From: a bacterium
GTDB taxonomy: Bacteria > Babelota > Babeliae > Babelales > UASB340
Assembly (NCBI GenBank): GCA_030629005.1
Contig: DAOVPV010000001.1
Span: 130,429 to 194,428 of the forward strand
Direction of reading: 5' to 3'
Length of the DNA: 64,000 nt
Made by a program: the position numbers and the translations under genes. The notes under the pieces are model-generated. The model was given only the letters and a program-made list of their open reading frames with translations, had not been told where the DNA came from and searched no databases. Positions 37,332-47,772 of this stretch are shown piece by piece. Within the stretch, counting starts at the first letter, position 1, and every line of letters begins with the position of its first letter.

Positions 37332-38606
37332 TCAAATTGGCATTTCTAGGTTATAACTATTTTTAATAAAACTATCAAAGTCCTTTATAGTTACGTTAAA
37401 TTTATTTTTCTGGTTTTTTATATTTCTAATGTTAATTTTTATATTATTAGAATTCTTAAAATATTTTTTCAATAATCTAATTATATCTAACGTATATACT
37501 GAAATTGGATATGGTGAAATAGACAACCGATTCCTGTACAAAAGATTTGTCCTTGTTTTTATTAACCATAACTCACTATGCCTTGGTTTTAATTTATCAC
37601 ATTTTACTTGTACTTGAACTAATTTTGTTGGCAAAATCTTCTCATGTCTTCTTTTTTTGAACGTTCTTCTTGAGTGATGTTTTTTTGTAGACAAAATATC
37701 TATTACCTGAACATCATCACCTTTAGAATAAAAGTTCCAAACACAATCAAAAACACCAGAATTTATCAAATCTTTAGTTTCTTCCTGCACTGGAGTCCCA
37801 AGTAAAATTAAATCTTTAATTTTTAAATTTAGCCTATTCTCGTTCTCCATAACAGCTAAATTAAGAGCAACATTTCCACCATGTGAATGGGCAAAAACTT
37901 GAACATCCGGCTCTAAATCATCTTTATTTCTCTTTTTTATCTCTCTTATCACTTCCACAAGTTGATCATAAAACGGCTTTGCACTTTCCAAACGACGTTT
38001 TTTATCCAAACGCCCAGACCAACCAAATGTATAATAAGAATAATCTTTATATGCTCTGTTATTTTTTCTATATATCTTTGAAAACATGTTAGAAATTTTT
38101 TGAGAACTCAATTCATAAGTCGTAAGATTATCCTTTTTATCCAAATCAATTTTGTGTAAACCAATCTTTTGTATTGGTTGAAATTTATATACGCCACGAA
38201 ATCTTATGTTATGAATATATTTATGCCAAAAATTCTCCTGTTTTACCGGTGAATTTACATCACCTTTTAATGTTTGCAATATATTAGAAATAGATGGATA
38301 CGGTAAAATAGTTCCATGAACAAATATAGTTATCAATTCTTTTTTAGATTCTAATTCGTTAAAATGCTCTATAGGAACATAATGCCCATTTTGTTGTTTA
38401 AAAACAATCTTATTATCATGACTAAAATCAGGCCTCAAATCCCTTTTTTGTAATTCAGCAATATTTATATCTTGGCTATCACTATCAACAACATTATTAA
38501 CATAAATCTGTTTTTTTTGTTTTGTTTTTTTTGCACATGATGATGTAAAAAAAAATAAAAACATAAATGCCGGTAAAAATATCTGTATATTTTTTATTTT
38601 TTTCAT
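37332..38606 (-). CDS. Alpha/beta-hydrolase (lipase/esterase-like) lipoprotein
   Basis: TSSC lipobox. The FVHG...AHSHGGNVAL nucleophile elbow (GxSxG-like) resembles class-2 lipase/DUF676 esterases. Confidence 0.5.
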   Translation of the reverse strand: MKKIKNIQIFLPAFMFLFFFTSSCAKKTKQKKQIYVNNVVDSDSQDINIAELQKRDLRPDFSHDNKIVFKQQNGHYVPIEHFNELESKKELITIFVHGTILPYPSISNILQTLKGDVNSPVKQENFWHKYIHNIRFRGVYKFQPIQKIGLHKIDLDKKDNLTTYELSSQKISNMFSKIYRKNNRAYKDYSYYTFGWSGRLDKKRRLESAKPFYDQLVEVIREIKKRNKDDLEPDVQVFAHSHGGNVALNLAVMENENRLNLKIKDLILLGTPVQEETKDLINSGVFDCVWNFYSKGDDVQVIDILSTKKHHSRRTFKKRRHEKILPTKLVQVQVKCDKLKPRHSELWLIKTRTNLLYRNRLSISPYPISVYTLDIIRLLKKYFKNSNNIKINIRNIKNQKNKFNVTIKDFDSFIKNSYNLEMPI

Positions 38607-38782
38607 AAAATCTCCGTAAATATTTTTATAGATTTTTATTGGTTAAACATTCGTTGAACAAACAATCACTTTAAATTATATAAAATAATTTTTGTTTTTA
38701 ATATGCTTTACAAAAATATCATGTTGGAATAGCTTTTTCCTAGTATTGTATTTTAATGCTGTATTTAAAATTATTAACATAA

Positions 38783-40234
<1,452 letters not shown>

Positions 40235-40296
40235 TCCTTCGGAAGAACACACCCGGCCTTCGCCAAAGGCTATGGCGGGCACGGCGAGTGTGGGAA
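40235..40296. repeat. GC-rich mosaic element between atpD and atpC
   Basis: TCCTTCGGAAGAACACACCCGGCCTTCGCCAAAGGCTATGGCGGGCACGGCGAGTGTGGG. The GGCGGGCACGGC module also occurs (reverse-complemented) at 63897..63908. Confidence 0.7.
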
Positions 40297-40308
40297 CATT
40301 TAATATTA

Positions 40309-40568
40309 TGGAAGATAAAAAAATATTTAATTTAAAAATAGTAACGCCAACAAATAATAAAAATGTTATTGTTGAGTGGCTAGATGCAAAAACAAATCAA
40401 GGTAACTTTTTTGTAGGTCCAAAGCATAGCGATTTAATTGCAGTATTAAAGGATCGTTCACAAGTTAGTTACAAAATTAAAGGTAAAACTGAGCCAAATT
40501 TTTTGGACATTTATAATGGATTTATAAAAATTTCGGCAGGAAACGCATTAATTATAACTGATCATTAA
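40309..40568 (+). CDS. atpC: F1 ATP synthase epsilon subunit, beta-sandwich domain only (86 aa)
   Basis: NLKIVTP...FFVGPKHSDLIAVL...GFIKISAGNALII resembles the epsilon N-terminal domain. The ORF-track start 40272 lies in the GC-rich element, so I prefer the ATG at 40309. Confidence 0.65.
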
Positions 40569-40656
40569 ATTTAACCTTTACAAAAGTAACTCCTAATTTA
40601 AACTCTAAAATTCATACGTAGTAAATCATATATAACAATATACCATAGGAGCATTC

Positions 40657-42639
40657 ATGGAACTGATGCATTATATGCTAATATTCTCCGGAGTCTCAAC
40701 TCTTGGAGCTCTAGTTGTTGCTATTTTTTTTAGAAATATTTTAAACCAAAAAATTAGTAGTAAAAAAGCTAATAAAATAGCCGGCCTTATAAGATCTGGG
40801 GCAATGACATTCTTGAAAAAAGAATATTCTATTTTGGCAATTGTAATTGCAATTGCATTTATAACATTATCTTATGCATCTGGCAGTCTTTTTACAGGAT
40901 TTGCATATATCGCAGGAGCCCTTAGTTCTATGCTGGCAGGATACATTGGAATGCTTGCAGCAACAAAGGCTAACGTTGCAACAACAATGGCTGCAAAAGA
41001 ACACGGTGAACGACCAGCTTTCATGACAGCACTTTTTGGTGGAGCCGTTATGGGTTTTATAGTTGCTCTTTTAGGTATAATTGGTTTAGGCTCATTGTTT
41101 GTTCTGTTTGTTAATAATTTAAATGTGGACTTTGTTCAATTGATAACATCATACGGTCTTGGTGCTAGTTCTATCGCATTATTTGCTCGTCTTGGCGGAG
41201 GTATTTATACAAAAGCGGCAGACGTTGGAGCAGACCTTGTTGGTAAAGTAGAAATGGGTATTCCAGAAGATGATCCTAGAAACCCTGCCGTTATTGCTGA
41301 TAACGTAGGAGACTGTGTCGGTGATACTGCCGGTATGGGTGCAGATATTTTTGAAAGTTACGTTGGTGCAACCTTAGCTGCTATGAGTTTAGCATTTGTT
41401 GCATATGCAGGAAACATAAAATATATTGCTTTACCTTTAATTTTAATATCAATAGGACTTATTGCATCAATTGTTGGTTTAATTTCCATTAAACTATTTA
41501 AAGGGAACTTAGGTTCTATGCTACACAACTCTACATATGTAGCAATAGTTGCATTTTTAGCTGGTTCTTACACATATATAAAGTATGCTGACATAGAAAT
41601 GAAACTATTTGGAGCTATGGTACTAGGAGCTTTTTCTGGCGCAATAATAGGTCTTGCTACAGACTACTACACCAATGGCAAACCTGTAAGAAATCTTGCC
41701 AAAACATCTCAAACCGGTGCTGGTACAAACTTAATTTATGGACTATCCGTAGGATTTGAATCTGTAGTCGCACCAATTATCGCATTAGCACTAGTTATAT
41801 TCTTTTCTTACACATACTTTGGTGAATTATTTGGAATATCACTAGCCGCCGTTTCTATGCTAGCAACAGTTGGTATTACAATGTCTGTTGATGCGTATGG
41901 TCCAATAGCAGACAATGCTGGTGGAATATCTGAAATGTCAGGATTTGGTCCTGGTGTTAGAAAAATAACAGATAAGCTTGACGCTTTAGGAAATATGACA
42001 GCAGCTCTTGGTAAAGGCTTTGCAATTGGATCTGCAACTCTTACAGCTTTAGCTGTTTTTGCAGCTTATTCAGAAAGAGCAAATTTACCAAATATAGATC
42101 TCTTAAATCCATTAGTAATTGTGGGCATGTTTATAGGCGGAACATTACCATTTTTGTTATCTGCGCTTACAATGAGAGCTGTTGGCAAGGCTGCATGGCA
42201 AATGGTTCTAGAAGTAAGACGACAATTTAAAACAATAAAAGGTCTTGCAGAAGGTAAAGCTGAACCAGATTCAAATAGATGTATAGAAATTTCTACAAAT
42301 GCAGCACTTAGAGAAATGATTTTACCAGGCTTACTAACAATTAGTGCTCCAATTGTTATAAAATTCACATTGGGACCAATAGCTCTCGGTGGTTTTTTAG
42401 CTGGAGCAACTTTAGCCGGAGTCCTTCTAGCACTTACAATGGCAAATGCCGGTGGAGCTTGGGATAATGCAAAAAAATATATCGAAGCAGGCAACTTTGG
42501 CGGCAAAGGATCTGATGCACACAAAGCAGCAGTTGTTGGTGACACAGTTGGCGATCCATTCAAAGATACATCTGGACCTTCTCTAAATATTTTAATTAAG
42601 TTAATGGCTGTAATATCTCTATTACTAGCAACATTGTAA
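40657..42639 (+). CDS. hppA: Membrane-integral pyrophosphate-energised cation pump (H+/Na+-PPase)
   Basis: [37 protein letters not shown] (Ala at the K+-dependence position) and [21 protein letters not shown] motifs. Confidence 0.92.
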   Translation: MELMHYMLIFSGVSTLGALVVAIFFRNILNQKISSKKANKIAGLIRSGAMTFLKKEYSILAIVIAIAFITLSYASGSLFTGFAYIAGALSSMLAGYIGMLAATKANVATTMAAKEHGERPAFMTALFGGAVMGFIVALLGIIGLGSLFVLFVNNLNVDFVQLITSYGLGASSIALFARLGGGIYTKAADVGADLVGKVEMGIPEDDPRNPAVIADNVGDCVGDTAGMGADIFESYVGATLAAMSLAFVAYAGNIKYIALPLILISIGLIASIVGLISIKLFKGNLGSMLHNSTYVAIVAFLAGSYTYIKYADIEMKLFGAMVLGAFSGAIIGLATDYYTNGKPVRNLAKTSQTGAGTNLIYGLSVGFESVVAPIIALALVIFFSYTYFGELFGISLAAVSMLATVGITMSVDAYGPIADNAGGISEMSGFGPGVRKITDKLDALGNMTAALGKGFAIGSATLTALAVFAAYSERANLPNIDLLNPLVIVGMFIGGTLPFLLSALTMRAVGKAAWQMVLEVRRQFKTIKGLAEGKAEPDSNRCIEISTNAALREMILPGLLTISAPIVIKFTLGPIALGGFLAGATLAGVLLALTMANAGGAWDNAKKYIEAGNFGGKGSDAHKAAVVGDTVGDPFKDTSGPSLNILIKLMAVISLLLATL

Positions 42640-42686
42640 AATCACAAAGAAGCAAGAGTTTATTATAAAAAATATTTTTGCAATTT

Positions 42687-42707
42687 TCGGAAGAAACATT
42701 TAATGTT
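42687..42707 (+). repeat. 21-nt dispersed motif copy (TCGGAAGAAACATTTAATGTT, 21/21)
   Basis: Intergenic, 15 nt upstream of the ATG at 42722. Confidence 0.9.
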
Positions 42708-42721
42708 TAGGTATTTTTATT

Positions 42722-43873
42722 ATGACAACAACTATTTTATCTAAAAATACAAGCAAAAAAGCTATAAACTTCTCCGTAGAAAAACGAAAAATTAATTTTT
42801 CCGTTTTAGAAGAAGCTTACAATCAATACAACAAACAAAATGTACCCTTTCTTTTAAAATTACGAAAAGAAATGCGTGAAAAAAAACCTTATGCTGGCTT
42901 AAAAATTTTTCATAATATTCCATTAACAATGGAAACAGTATTAAAAGTTATACCATTAATAGAAGGTGGCGCAGATGTTACTGTTTCTAATATGACAGGA
43001 ATGCCGCCACAAGAAAAAGCTCTAGATATTCTCAAGAGAGCAAATGTAAAAGTCCAATTGTCTCATGACATAAAAGAAAGATATGATGTTTATCTTGACT
43101 GTGGAGCAGAATTGGTAAATGCACCAGCTCCAAAGTTAGGAACCATAGAATTAACAGGAACCGGAACAATTGTTTATAAAAAAACCAACCTATCTTATTC
43201 TGTTATTTCTGTAGACGATAGCAAAATAAAATTCTTAGAAGGGATTGGTACTGGTGATAGTGGAGTCAAAGCTATAACAGAGCTTACCGGCAAACCTATA
43301 AATAACAAAAAATTCTTGGTATTTGGATACGGTAAAATAGGCAATGGTGTTGTAAAATCACTACTACAACACACAAAAAACGTGGTAGTTATAGACACAA
43401 ATTCCAAATTAATTGATTCACTAAATAGTTCTGGAATTAAAGCAATTAATGCGAACAAAATATCATTGATAAAAAAAGAACTAACAGATACCTTTTGCGC
43501 AATAACAAGCACAGCAGTTAAAGGCTGTATTTCTAAAAACTTTGATTCTAAAGATTTTAATAACATTATTCTTGCCAATCTTGGAGCAGAAGATGAATTT
43601 GGGAACAAATTTAAGCAAGAAAATGTTCTTAACAAAAAGTTTCCTGTAAATTTTGCCATAAAAGAACCGACAACCTTACGCTTTCTAGACCCTGTTTTTT
43701 ATGCACATAACAAAGCAATAGATTTATTAATAAATAATAAAACAAAGCCAGGTTATCATCCATATCCAGAAAAACGATCTATTGAACTTATTAAACAATG
43801 GCAAGAATTCCATCCAAATGATCCACTATTTAGCTCAAAAGAAATTTCAAAATTAATAAATAAACAATATTAG
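42722..43873 (+). CDS. Divergent, short S-adenosylhomocysteine hydrolase-like NAD-binding protein
   Basis: KPYAGLKIFHNIPLTMETVLKVIPLIEGGADVTV resembles SAHH KPLKGARIAGCLHMT..TAVLIETL..GAEV. KKFLVFGYGKIGNGV is a Rossmann motif. At 383 aa it is shorter than the usual 430-470. Confidence 0.45.
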   Translation: MTTTILSKNTSKKAINFSVEKRKINFSVLEEAYNQYNKQNVPFLLKLRKEMREKKPYAGLKIFHNIPLTMETVLKVIPLIEGGADVTVSNMTGMPPQEKALDILKRANVKVQLSHDIKERYDVYLDCGAELVNAPAPKLGTIELTGTGTIVYKKTNLSYSVISVDDSKIKFLEGIGTGDSGVKAITELTGKPINNKKFLVFGYGKIGNGVVKSLLQHTKNVVVIDTNSKLIDSLNSSGIKAINANKISLIKKELTDTFCAITSTAVKGCISKNFDSKDFNNIILANLGAEDEFGNKFKQENVLNKKFPVNFAIKEPTTLRFLDPVFYAHNKAIDLLINNKTKPGYHPYPEKRSIELIKQWQEFHPNDPLFSSKEISKLINKQY

Positions 43874-43996
43874 GCCAGGAACCCATTCAGACTTTCTATT
43901 TGCTTTTTATCAGATATTTTACAAAAATAAATCCACTCCGGTTGCAACTATACAAATCGTATATAACCTATTCTTACATAAATCATTGGGGTGCAT

Positions 43997-44512
43997 ATGA
44001 AAAAGACGTTAGTATTAACAGTAATTATTTCTTTAAATCTATTAAACTTTAGCAATACAATAAAAGCTTATCCAGCAAGAAACAACATTTTTCGAAGAGC
44101 AAACGATCCCATAGACATATTCGTTTCATATCTAGAATATTATCTTCTACCACAAGTGGAAAGAAAGCTTATTGACTATATCAACGACAACAGAGAGAAT
44201 CTTAAATCTTTAAGCGGCATCAAAAGACTTTTTAAATTAAAAATAGATCGAATAAAAGAAGCTCTAAGAAAAGAAAAATACTTTGTAGAAAAACAATGTC
44301 CAATTACTCTGGAAGAATATAATAACAACACAGAGTTAGCATTATTTAAACCTTGCAGACACTCTATGTCCAAAGAAGCCTTTGATGTATATACAGTAGA
44401 TTTTTTTGAAAATCACGAAAATGGTAATCCAGCTTGTCCAATATGTAGACAAGAAATACACGAGACAAAGTTTTTAAAATATTCAAAAGTAAAGCTATTA
44501 AGACATGAATAA
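43997..44512 (+). CDS. Secreted RING-variant / U-box / SP-RING-like putative E3 ligase
   Basis: Signal peptide. QCPITLEEY-x11-PCRH-x25-CPIC retains only the second zinc site (C,H,C,C). The first site is U-box/SP-RING-like (CPIT). Confidence 0.55.
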   Translation: MKKTLVLTVIISLNLLNFSNTIKAYPARNNIFRRANDPIDIFVSYLEYYLLPQVERKLIDYINDNRENLKSLSGIKRLFKLKIDRIKEALRKEKYFVEKQCPITLEEYNNNTELALFKPCRHSMSKEAFDVYTVDFFENHENGNPACPICRQEIHETKFLKYSKVKLLRHE

Positions 44513-44524
44513 TGGAATTTATAC

Positions 44525-44596
44525 ATAACTAGATCCTGAAACAACCCTTCGATACACGCTGCGCGCACTCAGGACAGGGTTCAGCGTGACAGAAAT
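44525..44596. repeat. GC-rich element related to 27210..27300 (one arm plus a 33-nt GC-rich insert)
   Basis: ATAACTAGATCCTGAAACAA[...]GTTCAGCGTGACAGA matches the reverse complement of 27258..27298, ATAACTAGACCCTGAAACAAGTTCAGGGTGACAGA. Confidence 0.7.
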
Positions 44597-44599
44597 AGT

Positions 44600-45709
44600 C
44601 TACTTTTTAACAAGAATATAAGCTTGCACATTTCTTGGCATTGAAGATACCCACTTATAAAAATTACCTTTAGAATTAAAAACTCCACCATAAAAATCTA
44701 ACTGGTAAAGATTATTTACAAATGCTCCTCCAAAATCTGCAATAACTCCCAAACGCATCTCCATCTTACCAGTTCTTTTACTTTTATATCTTATGGCCAC
44801 AATTTTACCAAATCCAATATTGTAAACATCTCCGGCAAAAAGAGCTCCTCCCAAATTTATTATATTATATTCTTTAAACTTCTTATTTCTAGGAATAACT
44901 CTGAAATACCAATATCGCTTTTGATTTTTTCGATCCTTTATTGTTTTGTCATAAGCAAAGCCATTATTTTTATCCACAGAAACAATAAATTCTTTGCCAT
45001 CAGGCATTTTTATAATAGATGAGCCTTGCATTAAAGACTCTTCTAAACCATCCCTGGAAACCCAAAATAATGGCCTTGCTTTATCTTTATATTCTGTAGT
45101 ATCTAATTTTCCTGCTAAAACGTCCTGCTTGGATAATTTCTTGATCCAAACATTGTTTCCAGATTTATTCACCAAAGCATATAAAGCATGCAAATATTTT
45201 TTAGATTTTGTATAACTACCCGGCAACTTAAATGTTGCATAATGAGTCAAATATACTGCACCATTAAAAATTTTTTTATCATGTTTTGCGGCACTCACCC
45301 TATCTCCGGACCATTTTATAAATTTAAAATAGTTATTCAAAAAAAGAGGATCTAAAACCCGTGGCGCAGAATTTAATCTTTGGTCTGATTTAATAATATC
45401 AATTATGAATTTTAAAGTTTCCTTTACCTTAGCAAGGCTCTCAAAGTTTCTACTAAAGCTATAAGGAGAATACGACCTCCTGTCAAAGCTCTTGTTATTA
45501 TTAATACTATTTAATGCATATTTAGCCGCCCGCTTCAACGCCTTTGGATCTGTATCTACCTTTAAAGCCGATACAAATTGCCTATTCAAACTAAAATAAG
45601 GCGTAACATTTAATTGATTTATAGTTGGAGCTTGCCCATTAGTAACCGAATGGAATAAATAAATAAAACTAAGTAATACTAAAAAAACTCTTTTAAAGAA
45701 AAATAACAT
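44600..45709 (-). CDS. mltA: MltA-like murein transglycosylase
   Basis: C-terminal 3D-domain-like GVIADFGGAF...LDFYGG and MltA-like middle region. I prefer the ATG at 45709 (GGGGGA SD, signal peptide MLFFFKRVFLVLL) to the ORF-track start at 45832. Confidence 0.6.
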   Translation of the reverse strand: MLFFFKRVFLVLLSFIYLFHSVTNGQAPTINQLNVTPYFSLNRQFVSALKVDTDPKALKRAAKYALNSINNNKSFDRRSYSPYSFSRNFESLAKVKETLKFIIDIIKSDQRLNSAPRVLDPLFLNNYFKFIKWSGDRVSAAKHDKKIFNGAVYLTHYATFKLPGSYTKSKKYLHALYALVNKSGNNVWIKKLSKQDVLAGKLDTTEYKDKARPLFWVSRDGLEESLMQGSSIIKMPDGKEFIVSVDKNNGFAYDKTIKDRKNQKRYWYFRVIPRNKKFKEYNIINLGGALFAGDVYNIGFGKIVAIRYKSKRTGKMEMRLGVIADFGGAFVNNLYQLDFYGGVFNSKGNFYKWVSSMPRNVQAYILVKK

Positions 45710-45912
45710 ATCGAATCCCCCAAAATAATTTACATATATTTTATATAAGCAAAAATGAGCATAAAAAAGCAAGCTAAATAAAACAAGCTCGTTAATAAAA
45801 AATAAAACTAGAAGTTTAAAAAAATCTTGCATTAGTAAGTTAGTTTATTCTATTTTTATTACAGGGAACAAAAGAGGTTAAAGTTTTAGGGAGATTTCTG
45901 TGGGGTGGAACT

Positions 45913-47109
45913 ATGAAAAAACAAATAGTAGCATTTGTTAAACTATTATGCATAATATATCTCGTTATATTTATTCCCAAAATAATATCTCACAAAAAAG
46001 AAATAAAAAATAACAATCCATACTCTATGAGTAATTCAAGATCAAGGCACATAGAAAGCATCAATAACTTAATAAAAAATAAAAAGAATTATTATTGGTT
46101 AAAAAATAAAAACATTGCTCTTTTTTGTGATACAACCACAAGAGAAAGCCTTAAAAAAACAACCAAATTATTAACCAAAAATAGATTTCAAATAAAAAAA
46201 ATATATTTAATAAAAAAAGACTCCGAAGAAAGGATTCATTACAAAAACATAAATATCCCGATTATAGAGTGGAACCCTACAAGCACAAATAACAACACAA
46301 AAATAATTTTAAACAATATAGATGCAATATTATTTAATGCTAAAGGTAACGGGCTAAGAGGAGATATTTGCTTTAATGCCCTATTAAAAATAATGGAAAT
46401 AAACCAAAAATATAATAAAAAGATCGTAATTCTTGATCAACCAAATCCTGTATCAAAATATATGGAAGGTCCTGGTCAAATACCGTTTCAACACGGACTT
46501 ACAACAGGAGAGCTCGCAAAATATTTTAATCAACATGTCCTAAAAAAGACACAAAGCCTATTTGTAGTACCTATGATAGGCTGGAAACGAAAGAACCAAA
46601 AGGAAGCAAACCCCGAAAAGAATTTATTCAAAATATTAAACAAAATAAAACCAATCAACTTAAATATCGATAATAAAACAGCGGCAACATCCATCTTGTT
46701 TACCAAAGACAGCCTAACTCCTTGGGAAATTAATCACCTTAAAAAAATTTGTACTAGCATTGGGCTAAATTGTGAAAAATTCTCTCATACAAACAAAAAC
46801 AAGGTAGAATTTGTAGGATTAAAAATAAATAATATTCAAAATACAAGCAAGTTTTCATACTTCAATCCAATAATAACAATCGCCAACTTTTTAAAAAATC
46901 GAAAAAATATAAAATTAAAGTATTCAGATTCTTTTAACAAAATGTTAGCCTCTAAAGAAGCAACCGATTTTTTGAATAATGACATAAATCTAAATGACTT
47001 CAAGGCAAAAACTAGAAGAACATTACAAGATTTTTATGCCAAAACAAAGGGTCTAATGCTGTATAAACCGTACCCAGAAATAAACAATATAAAAATAATA
47101 AAAATATAA
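45913..47109 (+). CDS. DUF1343 family protein (NamZ-like exo-muramidase family)
   Basis: ILDQPNPV and GLTTGELAKYFN blocks match DUF1343 DRPNP / G(L/M)T.GELA. Confidence 0.6.
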   Translation: MKKQIVAFVKLLCIIYLVIFIPKIISHKKEIKNNNPYSMSNSRSRHIESINNLIKNKKNYYWLKNKNIALFCDTTTRESLKKTTKLLTKNRFQIKKIYLIKKDSEERIHYKNINIPIIEWNPTSTNNNTKIILNNIDAILFNAKGNGLRGDICFNALLKIMEINQKYNKKIVILDQPNPVSKYMEGPGQIPFQHGLTTGELAKYFNQHVLKKTQSLFVVPMIGWKRKNQKEANPEKNLFKILNKIKPINLNIDNKTAATSILFTKDSLTPWEINHLKKICTSIGLNCEKFSHTNKNKVEFVGLKINNIQNTSKFSYFNPIITIANFLKNRKNIKLKYSDSFNKMLASKEATDFLNNDINLNDFKAKTRRTLQDFYAKTKGLMLYKPYPEINNIKIIKI

Positions 47110-47111
47110 TC

Positions 47112-47762
47112 GTGCAAAAAGAACACTGTTTTGTTTTAAAAAGATTTTTACCAAATAAAAACAAACTTTCTGTGCTTACAGAAAATTTCGGAAAAATAGA
47201 AATAATAACCCGGCCTAATCATAAAATAATCGAGTTATGGCCGAGCATGCTTTTATCTTTCAACAAAAATAGTCGCATAACGGATTCAAAGATATTTATA
47301 GCAGAAAAAGTAGAAATAATAATGACCACCCTCTTTGACAACACAATAAATATAGAATGGGCCCACAATATCTTAGAAATATGTTATTATTTTATTCCAC
47401 TAAACCACCCTGAACCTAAAATCTTTGAATTTATTTATAATAGCTTTAATCTAAATATAATTAAAAATTATTTTCCTGAATCTATGAATATAATTAAAAA
47501 AATTTATACTCTAAAATTATTAACACTAATAGGATTTTATCCGGAAAAAAATTTAACTTCCCTTCTGGTACTTTATTCTAATATTACAAATTTATATATT
47601 AAGATTGTTGACAAAAACAGGATAAAATTAATAAAAGAAAATTTACAAGATATAAATAAAGCAGAACAAATCGCAAGAATAGATACATGGATACTAAAAT
47701 GCATAGCTTCGCATCCTTGTTTTAGAAATTTTAAAACAATAAACTCTTTTAAAAATATTTAA
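47112..47762 (+). CDS. RecO-like protein (weak call)
   Basis: About 216 aa. The N-terminal OB-like pattern (FVLKRFLPNKNKLSVLTENFGKIEII) resembles RecO. No zinc motif seen. Confidence 0.35.
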   Translation: MQKEHCFVLKRFLPNKNKLSVLTENFGKIEIITRPNHKIIELWPSMLLSFNKNSRITDSKIFIAEKVEIIMTTLFDNTINIEWAHNILEICYYFIPLNHPEPKIFEFIYNSFNLNIIKNYFPESMNIIKKIYTLKLLTLIGFYPEKNLTSLLVLYSNITNLYIKIVDKNRIKLIKENLQDINKAEQIARIDTWILKCIASHPCFRNFKTINSFKNI

Positions 47763-47772
47763 AGGCCACAAT

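Noticed and set aside
40272-40308. N-terminal extension MAGTASVGTFNI of atpC
   Set aside because: It is encoded by the GC-rich intergenic element. The ATG at 40309 gives the conserved epsilon N-terminus.
42066-42563. 165-aa minus-strand ORF inside hppA (and similar antisense ORFs in atpD, the SAHH-like gene, mscK, tkt and aspS)
   Set aside because: It is antisense to a highly conserved gene. Its Ala/Pro/Ser-rich translation is typical of shadow ORFs in locally GC-richer coding DNA.
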